This document shows, one piece after another, positions 29,201 through 41,200 of a stretch of 64,000 bases of DNA. This DNA comes from Acanthaster planci. Taxonomy: Eukaryota. The stretch spans positions 310,961-374,960 of the forward strand of contig NW_019091358.1 in assembly GCF_001949145.1 (NCBI RefSeq), written 5' to 3'. Both the position numbers and the translations under genes were made by a program. Position 1 is the stretch's first letter. Each line of letters starts with the position of its first letter. A model generated the notes under the pieces. The model was not told the DNA's origin. It saw only the letters and a list, made by a program, of their open reading frames with translations, and searched no databases.

Positions 29201-32200
29201 TCCGGCCTTGATGTGGTTTGGTGTATATGGTGGCCTTTAACCACTTCATGCTGGGCCCATTTATCCATGTTGATTCTGCTAGGCCGGGTGATTTTTCATT
29301 TTTTTCTATATTCGAAATTCTTTGAAAATTCATTACTTCATTTACTAGACGTTAACACCCACACAAATGATTGTCTGGTGGCTGCTCTAATCTGACAGAC
29401 AACATCTATCTACACCCGAATATTTCAGCCAGGTCTGCCGCCTTGTAAAAACAGCCTAGATTGTGCAGTGTAATGTGATTTTCTTTTGCTCCCGAAACAG
29501 GCACAGTACCCTGCTGACCTCTTTTTAATATGGGCCAGGTTAGCATGCAACGGTATTGTATCGCTCATCACTGGAGCGCTGGAACGCTTTTGTCCCCAGT
29601 GGTAATCCGCTTGCTCTGAATGCTACAAACAGTGGTATAATCTTTCAAACAATGACAGAATTCCTCCGCTTTCGACAACTGAAAAAATGTTGGAAATTCC
29701 CAGCAGCTCAGTCTTTTGTTCCAATTACAGTCTTTTGTTACAAGGCCCAGCTCTTCCGGTTTCGGGCAGCCTGGCATTAGGCATAAAGAAAACGTGACCA
29801 AAACTGGGTCCCCTGGCAGCAAGTGGTTAACCCCTTTGCGCCGATAATTCTTTTGACCGTGACTGCTGGGCTGTGGTATGCCCTGAATGGAGGGCTTTGT
29901 CCAGCAGTAGGCCCCATTGAACCAGCAGCTGCATGATGAATAGACTGTATGTGTGGTATGCACTAATCCTCACACAAAGCCGCGGCTCTTGCTGTCTCCC
30001 GGAGCAAAGGGGCTAAGCGATGGAAATGTAAACAACATACATGTAATTAGGATAAGGGTGTATGGCTGTAATTATTTCTTCATGAGAGTGAAGAACGGGA
30101 CACAGTATATGCTTACGCTCTGTTCACATTTGGCATCAAGCTCAAAGCCAGCATTACTGGAGAGAAGTTCGACACAGTTCTACAAAAAAAGCAAATTTCA
30201 TACACAGAGAAAAGGATGACCCAAAAAACAAAAACCATGACATTGGAAACTTGATGTCATCTGAGACTAGGGACAATGTTTCAGGGCAGGCACCATCTCC
30301 ATATGAGAGATGTTCAGCCTACATGCAAGGCATGTCCCATAGACATGGTCAGAAGGGACGTTTCACGAGGTAAAATGGCAGAACAAAATGGTTGGACATT
30401 CATTAATTCAGAACTATCAGTAGGCTTTACTTTTTAACCCCTAAAAAATGGCATTAATAAATGAAGGACACCGGAATCGGCGGTCTGTCTCAGCCATTGA
30501 AAAGCCAGACCATGCCCAGGCAAAGCAGGGGGCTTGGGCTCCTTTGATGCCTTTCTTTGAAAGGTATTCTCTCCAAACCAGCTGGGTTCTGTGCTGTCAT
30601 CAGCCCTTACCTTTTGCTTGGGCAATTATCAGTGACCACCTCCCAAGCAAGTTTTAACACCCCTTTTTGAAACTAATCCAGTATAAATATCTGCCTATTT
30701 GTAAGTGTGCTTTGGGCAAAGCTGTGAAAGAGAAGATGTTTACAAAAGAATTATGTGTTTCTGATGGAGGAAAACAATTCAAAAGAAAAAACTGAAACAA
30801 ACACCAACAACATGATGCTCCTAATTAAACTAAAACTCTCTAGAGGTGTTATAGAAACCTGACAAGTTCCCCTCAAAAATTGCTACCAAAAACTCACCTT
30901 GCTGATCAGTTGCTGGTGTACGTGATGAAGGGAAGCGTGGGCCAACATGAGATTCATCACGTTGGTGAAGAAACACAGTTGCTCCCCGGGGCTATCCAGC
31001 CGGTCCAGGTCGACGAAAGCCAACTCCCTGGTGGCCTCGCACAGGTCCCGGAAGTCCTTACTGCTGCTGGCCAGCACACTGGCTCGCAGGCCAAACTTGC
31101 CATTGGAATTGATGCTTGTCATATGACCTAAGCCACAGAGGAACCAACAACACCAGATCATACAAAACACGAATCAAGAAGGAGCATCTACTGCTCCTAC
31201 ACACAGAGACACACTGAGTGCATCCACTGAGATACATAGTATGGTAGGTGAGGTGGCAGAAGGTGGTAGTCAATGTGTGCAAGAGGGCACTAGTTTGATG
31301 TTGCCATGGAGGGAATACCTTGTCAAAAGAGTATAAAAACAGAACACAAATCTATCCTTCAAAGGGGAAATGGTTGGAAGAAATAGTGACCCTACTAATG
31401 TCTATATAAGCTCTTTAACATAACCAAGGAAAGAGTGGAACCTCCTCCAAGAAATTGTAGAAATGCACTCTTTGGACACAAAGCTATGGAGACACTGCAT
31501 GAAATCCAAAACATTGAAATTTCTCCCTTTTAATGCTGCAAACCCGCTGGAAAGTCACTGTAACATGTAAATGAAGCTGTGCTTCATCTATTCAAGTCAT
31601 ACAAATCCTATTGCATGGTATCTTTTGAAGCCTACAAGTATATATGCAATAGTGGATTAATTCCCACTGTTAATGTAAATTTTCATACCAACACCTGTGA
31701 CAGTTTAAATCCTTTTTTGAAATTTATTGTTTACCCTTTGCACAGACGAATCTTTGCCCGTGACCTACAAAACACTTCTAATCTCCTGGGGATGCTTAGC
31801 AGTTTTCCGGGCAGAGGAAGACATTTAAGCAACACAACGTGGTGCCAGTAAGCTAAGAGGAGTGTGCAAAATTTTTCTGCAGTTTTTCTTGTTACCCTTC
31901 ATGAGCATGATCATCCTGGACAGGAGATCCCGAGCGACGACCTCGGGATGCCTGGCGTCGCATGGCCACTTTGAGCCCTCTCCGGGATTGTTCAGAACAA
32001 TTCTACAGGGGGAACTCTTTGCTGAAGGAGACGTGGGGCTCGGCGGTTGGTGGTCTTGCTTGAGGTGTATGGGGATGGTAGGGCAGCAACTACGGATGAT
32101 GACGTGAACAAGGTTTAGCTTCAACTGGTCTGCCACACCTTCTAACCTGGAAACCGAAGCCGCAAGAAAAAGCAGCAAAATGAAAAAGAAAAACGAAGGC

Positions 32201-35200
32201 TGCTGAATTCGCCGAGCGTTAATCAATATTTATAAAGTCCCATTTTCAGGATTCAATTCAAGTACAGGTTGAGAAACTGGCTGGCAACTCCCATGACGTG
32301 GACTCGGTAACAATGCCTCTAATAGATTCCTGCTATGATTCTGTAACAATGCCTGAGATTCCTGCCATGACTCTGTAACAATGCCTGAGATTCCTGCCAT
32401 GACTCTGTAACAATGCCTGAGATTCCTGCCATGATTCTGTAACAATGCCTGAGATTCCTGCCATGACTCTGTAACAATGCCTGAGATTCCTGCCATGACT
32501 GTAACAATGCCTTAGAATCCCGCCATGACTCTGTATATTCCTGCCATGAAAATGTTTATGTTCCAATTGAAAGTTGCCATTGGAACATTGGCGTTCCTTA
32601 GGAATGTCTATGCATCACAGGGACGCTTGCTTTGTGCACGGATTATTCCAGTGCAGCATTCAAATGGGAATACTAAGTTACCAATTAAACAGATGCCTGT
32701 GCTGAACTGAGATCAAGGCTTTCCAAATGGAACATTGCCACCGTTCCAAACTACGAGACACTTACAGACACCTTACAGATTCTGAAAAGTTTCCTAGGAA
32801 AGTCAGCAATATCTAAATGGGTTCAAGGCTAGTGAGGAATTGGTCAAAGAACTTTTTTGGACCTGGTCGGCGGGATCTGGTTCTGGAACATGAGTCTCCC
32901 TAGCAGGAAGTTGGGGCTGTCCTCCAGGACACAGTAAGGGTTGACTGCCTTCATGCTGCCGCTAGGAACCGGCTGGTCCAGACCTGACAGTGAGGAACCC
33001 ACGGACATAAAAAAAAAGAATGAAAAACAACAAAATCGAGGCATTTGGGAATCAGACAGCATAATACGCTACTCTTAGCAACCTGCTGCACGATACTGAT
33101 CTGCGTGAAAGATTCATCATGGAATTGTCGCGGAATAAAGTGTGTAGGTGATCGGCACCTTTGTAAAGAGTATACATGTATGTATAAGCACAAATACTGA
33201 TTTTGAGTCCTTCACAAATGTACCTCATACACATTATTACACACATTCCTGACATTAGATATTGACGTTGACCCTCTGATGTCCCACAATCCCTTGCAGG
33301 TCTTGAATAAAAATAAAGCTGTTTATATTTTAGTCTCTGCTGATTCAGCTGAGTATAAGGCTTGTCTCAGAATTGAACCATCAAGCAGCCTCTTGTGATA
33401 CTATGGTTTGCTGTTTTTGTGATGTTTTGCCGTTGCATTCAAGTTTAAGGTTTCTAAAAATGTATCCGTTAATTATTTTTGTTTTTTATTAAATCTTAAG
33501 TTACAAAATTGATGCGACAGATCATGTGGCTCAGAGTCGCAAAACCAGTGTCCATTCAATACCGTTGGCAGATTAACTGTGCGTGCCCTGGCCTTTACTA
33601 AAAGACGACTTAAAACAAGTGTGGACCAATGTACCCAGTTTCTCAGCTACTTAATTACAATTAACTCTTCAAAAACTAATGGCTTTCCCTTCTAATCCTT
33701 GGGGAAATAATGCCCACTTGTCACTATCTAACATAAAAAAACCACTGTTTTATCAAGTTGACGTTCAAGAATTACAAACGGCAACTGCATAGTGTTCGGT
33801 AGGTTTTGTGCTCAAAATATTGGGAGCCAAGGACGATGTTCGGTACAGCCGAATGTTCGGTATAGCGGCATTCCACTGTATTCACGAGGCACAATGATGT
33901 ACTAGCTGTTCAACATACCAGGATACCATTCCTTGGCTTCCACTAGCAAGGAGGAGAGGACAGAAACATGACCATAGAGGCTCATCAAGTAGTTGGAGAA
34001 CTCAGTGTCCTGGTCTGGGCCCACGGTTGACAAGAGGGCAGTCAGTGAGTAGCAATGGTTCCCGTTCCTGTCAAAGGTTTGAAGGAGCTGTCTCATGGCT
34101 TGGTGGACCATGGAACGTCCCTTGTGGGATGGGCTCAAGCCGCGGTCCATTTCCGATGGAAGGAGGCCAGAGGCTTGTGACCCAGAGGGATCTGGAGTCC
34201 GCTGGTTGCCCTCGGTTTGGAGGGCACGGCTGAGTCCCGTGACAGCTTTCCTCTGTTCCAGGACAGAATTGACTTGTGCCCGCAGGCCGACTGCATCCAG
34301 CGGTTTGGTTGCCTGCAGTAGGGCATCCCTAGCACTGCGCCGAAAGAACTCCTCCATGATGTCCTGCCTGATGAGGGCTGTCGAATCAGCTGAAGTTGGA
34401 GCTATTAGACTGGCTATTTGGTGCACAAAGGGCAGTACGCCTACAAGAAGCAGCAGAGGGTCCATTTTGGAGCCGGACTGCAGGCGTGACCTGGGGGACT
34501 GGTCAAATTCACCCGGGATGTGCTGTCCCAGTTGAAGTCGGCCCATAGCGACTTCGAGCAAGTCCCTACTGGCTTTCCAGGAAGTGCAGGCTGAGCAGGC
34601 CAGGTCAAAGACCACCACCCCAGCCACGTTCAGCTTCCGGATGCTCTTGAGCATGGCGGCAGCAACTGAGTGCTTCTCGGGCTGATCCAAGCCGACTAGT
34701 GAGGCTGTGGGGAACAGCGGCAGTACAGACTTGGCCAGCAGGTCGTCCACAACCCCAGTGACTGACAAGGATGCTGTCCCCGATGCTGCTATGGTAGCGA
34801 TGGAGGATGATGACTTAGACGGTTGGCCTTTCAGGGCCGAGGGCATGGCATCTGACTTGGCGGCCTTGGTGTCCAGATTCTGGAGACGACGTAACGTCTG
34901 CTCCCAGTGTTCAGCAAAGTAGACCTCTGACACCTCAGGCGTGTTCTCAAGCTCAAACATCTTCACCACCTGCACGACACAAATCGGATAACAATAATAA
35001 TATCAAAGAACTTACAATGTGCACAGTATCTTAAAGTACCTGCTGACCATTGAAGTCTTCCTCAAGTGTTACCTGTAGGGCCTGGGAGTAGCTGCCCCTG
35101 TGCAGGCACATCCTCAACAGGGTGTCCTGGGAGGACAGCATCCTGGCGATTACACCATGCTCCCCAGTGTTGGACGCCTTGTTGACCGGCTGGCATTTCC

Positions 35201-38200
35201 TCCGCCGACGTTTCTTTCGCCGTTTGCTGCTGCTGGTGCTGCCATCTGGGGGAGACGAAAAAAATTGTGGCTAATACCGGTACATTCACCTCCCTTCTAC
35301 AGGATATAACAAAGCTGCTAAGCCAATATCACTTGGTAATCCTGATAACTGTTAATTGATAACTGTTAATTGTATTTGCTACACCAAAAGTGAACAGCGG
35401 AGAGTCTGACGTCAAGCACTTCAGCCAACAAACTTAAAGAGGAGCGTCCATGAAAATCTAATCCAGTAACAGCAACCAGAGGTCATCTGCCATATTCCCT
35501 GATTTGTTATAAACATTCTTTTAGATAAATGTACTTTATGGCAACCCTATTCCTTGTAGCAGCTTTTAGTGTTTGTCAGTGGCCGATACCCAAGTGTAGT
35601 TCCAAATCGGGAATAAAGCCTTCTAATCCCCAGTGCTACTTGTTACAGAAGCAGTCAGCATTCTAACAAGGCTGTACACCTTTTTGTCTGTGCTATTTTT
35701 TTTCCTGCATGAAATTCCCTGACAATGAAAATGACACACAGATTCACTGACATTTGTTTACTGAGGCAGCAATAGGATAGCGATAAAATATGTATACTCA
35801 AAATAGAAAAGGTGACCAGCGATAAGATCGAATGAGATGAGATGAGCTGAATGGTGATGCCTGCATTCTAATATTCCCTGGGTATTTCTTCTTTTTTTAA
35901 TTTGTTCTGTTTTCTCTTCCCTTCCCTTCCCTTCTAAAAATCTAAATGTAACTCTCCATCAATCAGACGATGGCAAGAACTGCAAGCTGCCTTGTTGCAT
36001 TGTTTAGTAGAAGAAAAAAAAATCACAGAGAAAGGTTACTTATGGCTGCTCTTTCTTAAGCAAGGAAAACTTGAGGAAAACCAGTAAAAAATGAATGACT
36101 TTGCGCAACGAGACATGAGATGAACTGTACACAGGGAAAGTCCGTAATGGAACCCGTTTTGATTTTTCCACTGCTCTTCCCACCCTCAAAAAAACAACTC
36201 CGTTCTTCCCAGTGCCACAAAACTGGGGGAAACAAATCCAAGACAGAAATGAGAAGAAATGCTACATGTATACCATACATGTAGTTTCCACTTTTTTCCC
36301 AACAAAGACAACCACTAGATGTTATGCACACTACAGAAAATTAATTAAGGGCTGACGTTCCACACGCAGACACTCTGAATAACAAGAAAGATAATTTCCA
36401 ATTTGGCTATCCAGGTGGTGCAAAATAAGAGTTAAATGACATAAGTTTGAACCCCAGACAAATGACCAAAACCTTGGTCTGTTGCCTGTGCTAGAGTCTT
36501 GGCCTTCCACAAGTTGAGCTAACCTGTGGATGCGAACCCTGTGTTGCGTTTGGCCGAGAGTGGACAGGAATTCGCCCTTGAGTACCTCCTTGCAGTCCCT
36601 GTATTTATGCAAAGTTTGAGTTTGGGGATGACAAGCAAATTTCAAACAGTCAAACATTTTTATCATAGCATTCCCCTTGCACAACTACATGTACATGTAC
36701 ATGTACATCTGTAAACTATGAGATTGCAAATGAAAAATGGACTACTTAAGCCACCCACACAGGTGAACTATGACCACTGTCATCCCAAACAGGAAGGACT
36801 TGCTACTGGAATTTTAAAAAGGCAAAATACGTTAACGTTTTCTGGTACATCTTCCAAGACACATTTGTCATTTTTTAATCCCTGATTTTGTGTATATACC
36901 TTTTCGATTTTTCAGGTCTGGGTAATTCCAGAAATGTGAGGTCCATTCTTTTCATGTCCCTGTCACATCTGACATACCGGTATGACTTTGTATTTAGTTC
37001 AGAACATATTTTCTAGAATTTTTCAGAGTAATGAATTAATGCAAATTACCTGCCAAACAAACAGTAATATTGGTAATTTGAAATCAATTATGGTGACATT
37101 TCCATGTCAATTAACAATGGACACAAAAATGTCACACTTTTGGACCCCTAATTTCTGGAACTACCCGCCTACTCTGTACACAAAATTTTGAATTAGTAAA
37201 CCAACACAAGTTCAACTGCAAAACTTGGAATACAAGCAAGAAGCAAGCATATGTGTCCGAAACAAAGAATGAATGGACGTATAAAAGTCGAACAAAAAAA
37301 TGAGCGAAGCACATGTGAAATGCATGTATGAAAAGAAAAAGACAGAAGACGGAATGGCAAATGTTAGAATTTTACCCAAAATGCTTTAGGAATCATAAGT
37401 TGATGTTCAAACTAGGAAATGCACTCATTCATGAATTTATAGTTTATTTCTCCAGCCACTGATATACCTGAACCACTTCTTCCACTGAAGCTGCTGACCC
37501 GACTCCTACTTCGCTTGCCGTGGCATTTGTCTCCTCTCTTATCATCTTTATCTCTATGGGAACCGGTCATGTACAGCTCCTCGTCACTACTACTGTCTGC
37601 CATGGGCTGGCAGCCACTGGCCAGTCCATGCGTTGCATTCTGGGAGCTGGTGGCCTGCGATACGAGCCGGTAGCGCCACCAGGCCTCGTTTACCCTCTGC
37701 GTCAATTGTGAGATGTGCTGCGCCATAGTGGATGTCAACACCGAGCAGTGCATGTACTTCATCAGCCTCCCGCCAGCTTCCTGGAGGACCTCTAACGATG
37801 CGCTAGGACCGGCTAAGGAGTACCTTGCCTCGGACAGGTCGGCCAGGCATTCCTTCAGGGTGCTCAGCAAGGCATCGGTAATGTCTTCCTCTGCTACAAA
37901 GCAGATCTTCACCGCCCCCAGGCTGTTGGAGCTGAGCTGGCTATGCGATTCCGAGCTGCGCTCCGTGTTGGACCTTTGGGCCACAGCTGATCCCGAGCTG
38001 GTTCGTTCTCGCTTCTCGGAACTCCTCAAGCTCTCCAACACACCAGTGCTCATCGATTCTGTGGGCAACTCATCCTGGACAGCTGCTGCAACACTCAACA
38101 GATTTGAGTCACTTGCTGATGGGCCATCTCTGAGTGTATCAGCCTCCAGGTTAAAGGTAAAGGACTCACACTTTGGCGTGCTGTCAAGGCTGGTGACACT

Positions 38201-41200
38201 CCCCTTCTGCCAATCCTCATCCACAACACCTTCTTCTCCTCCACTGTCAGACATCGTTGCCCTTGCCACAAAGGCATCCTCGCTGCGAGTGAACAGCAAG
38301 GAGAAAATGTTCTCCAGGGTTTCAACTCTGTAAGTCAGTGGGTACAGGAGTGACAGTTGGTGCCTGGCTTCCCTGAGGTGCCGCCAGACATTCTTCTCCC
38401 ACAGGCTTTCTCGTGGTGAGCCAGTACTGTCATTCGCAGCCTCTTCATGAGCATGAAGAGGCTGGTGGGGTGATGAAAGGGTACTGCCGGTGCTCCTTGA
38501 GGTCTCGGTGTCAAGTGATGCACCAGCACTCTGGGATACTCCTTGCTTGCTCGCGTCCTGGTTGGATTTTTCCTTTGGCTTCTTACACTGGGTACTGTTG
38601 GAGAGAGCCATCATGCAGCTCTTGATGGCAAGGAAACTGCGATAGACGGCTATGTCCCTCTCTTGCTGGATGGAGAGCTGTTGGGGCTCCTCAAAACGTA
38701 CAGTCTTCCCACTGAATTTGGTACTCTCCTCTGGCTTGACCCCTGTTGTAAAACAGACATTAACTTAAACTTAACTAAAAGTGATCAACTCATCAGTGAG
38801 CCGTCTTACTGCAAAGCAACTGATGAAATACCTCGAAAAAAATTTTTGCCATCCAATTTCTTCAGAAACTCTTTGATTTGATGATCTAGCATTTCATGGC
38901 TGTGATGGTCTTGTCCCTAAATTTCATGACTTCTACAGAAGTACCATAGGGTACTGTAACTGGTGTTGCATTATGCTCTCAAGACAGTTACTCAAACTCA
39001 GCTGGGTCAAGACCAGTGGAAGAAAGAAAATTCCAGGCACACTAAATGCAACAGCAGATCTAGAAAGATTTTACGCCAAAATAGTCAGCAGATTCTGAGA
39101 TACCTGTACTACTGAAATGCCTGAGGTCAAAGGGAAAAAAAAGGATGAAAAATTCTCACCAAGTTGCGGCTTCTTGCTGAGGATATCAAAGACTTCAGCT
39201 GACTCAAGCTGGCTCAAGTTTGTAGCATGATGCAACATGTGAAGCACTGAGCGGGAGTCCAGTTCACAGAACATCTCACTGGCCTTGGGATCAAATCCAG
39301 GGTCGACACCACTCGCAAGAAGAAAGGGCCTGGGAAAGCGTCAAGATATCCTTTGTTTGTGTATCTTGACTTTGTACATAAAGTTTCAGCTTGGAAATTT
39401 TTAATTGGTTGTTGACTGCAAAAAGGTATCTTAGATATTTCACCACCCTTGTATGTTTGTTTCTTTCAGTGAGCGAGTTTAGTACCCAGACAGCCCATTC
39501 CCACATTGAGGCATGCTAGAGGTTTTTCAACAACTTCAGTAGATGATCCCAATACGACGCTTCAGTCAAACAGACAGCCTCAGTTTCGATGCAGATATGC
39601 GCAGACGCCGCTAATGTGAAATCCCTCTATATGTACACATGAGGTTGGTCCTGTCAGGGCAGCCATATCCTGACTCCTATGCTAAGCATGATGGAACAGA
39701 TTTTAGTGACCCTGCCACTGTCAAAACCCACACTGCAAAAGTTTAATATACTATGCTAGGGGGTTTAACAAAATCAAGCTACAGTATCTTTCCAAAGGTG
39801 CTACTGGAATGAGCTGATATACTGAGTCTATGTGACAACGGCAAACAAGAAAATGGCCGGCTTCTGGTTGCAAGCACGTAAGGAATGCAAAAACATTTCC
39901 AAGTGGGGTCAGGCTCAGGTACCAGTCCCTGGACACATCCAAACTACATGTCCATGAACCTGTTCACTCAAACTCTCAGCTTCCAACCCAAAAGCCTAAG
40001 AGACTATTTTGTTGCAGGCTTAATTCCAACCATACCGCCTGTTTAGTAAGTTCAGCCGGTGGTCCCAGTGAAGATGCATTGTGAGAAGTATGACTCTATG
40101 AAATTTCCACAAATACATGATGATGTGATAGAAGCTCACTGCAACAGAGCAGATACTGACAATTTGTCAGTTGATTCTAAAAATCCATCCTTAATTGTTT
40201 TTGTCCCAGCTTAACCTATACAGCAATCAATCAGATCTGCAAGCTACCTGGTTTTCTCCAGACACCACTGCACCAGCTGCACCTGGTGGGTCAGCTTCCC
40301 ACATGCTTGGTCGAGAAGAGGCTCACTGACTGAAGGTGCCTGATAATGATAACACAAAAATGGAGGGACCCAAAACATGCAATTAAAAGTAACTCCTAAC
40401 CTCTGTGGAGAGTATTTTTGATAAAAAAAATCTCACTTGCGGGGATCATGCGCCACAATTGTAATAGGTACTCTCAATAAAATAACATGCAGAACAGAAA
40501 TGTGTACCGTGCCGGGAGTATGCAAGGCCTGCAAGAGCCGATTGGCACTATTGCAGCTTGAGACGTGGTTCCATCCAAGCAAGAGCACCAGTGGCTTGAG
40601 GGGTACAAACTCATCAGGCGAGAGCAGGGTTACCAGCTCGCTGTACATCCCATCTCGGATGAACGTCATGCTGGTGTCCTGTGCGACACAATATTCCAGC
40701 ACACGAAAAAAACAGACGAAACTGCATGGGAAGAACCTCAAGGCGCTAAGTTAGAAGAAGCATTTACACACAGGCAGCCTCACTTGATGAGGACTCTTTG
40801 CATGACAGAGAAAACATGCATGGAAATTTAATAATTAATAGTTTTACTGTACTCAAGCAGCCCATGAAATAGCCTAAGTCAAATACTCTGAGACATCGTT
40901 TGATGGTAAGCAAAACGAGCAAAGCCTGCAATTATGAAGCACACAATGATATGAGTACTCATAGAGGCTAACGCTAACAAACTTGGGTGGGCTATCAAGC
41001 AAACTCCAATCTTAATTACCAAGCACAACATGAAATTTCAAAATCCTAACTTCCGTGAAGACTGAATATGGCTTTGTCAACTTGAGACTTTCGATAATTT
41101 ATAAGGAATGGAATAGGCTCAAAAGTACAAGTGTATGGAGTTGTGATTCATTCATCAGAAGTCATCTGCAAGGCAACTACGTGTACAGGCAAACTGCAAC

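Noticed and set aside
32290..32548. 32-bp repeats as a CRISPR array or repeat protein
   Set aside because: Head-to-tail units with no spacers, eukaryotic intron, no cas genes.
33919..33927. GTATCCTG near the end of exon 11 as a U12-type donor, with TTCCTCAC near the next acceptor
   Set aside because: It deviates from GTATCCTT, and using it with the 32983 acceptor shifts frame into a stop. The GTATGT donor at 33918 keeps the frame.
36440..36525. Second tRNA/SINE-like head on the minus strand (TAGCTCAACTTG ... GGTTCAAAC)
   Set aside because: Boxes are degenerate and no cloverleaf can be drawn; too weak to call.
37713..38333. 206-aa plus-strand ORF and similar ORFs (34095-34535, 41264-41805, 42451-42888, 61587-61973)
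   Set aside because: Antisense shadows of GC-rich minus-strand exons.
40679..40741. Apparent missing AG before EYCVAQ in the ORF track
   Set aside because: A canonical in-phase CAG at 40679 starts the exon at DTSM, which aligns better with spastizin.
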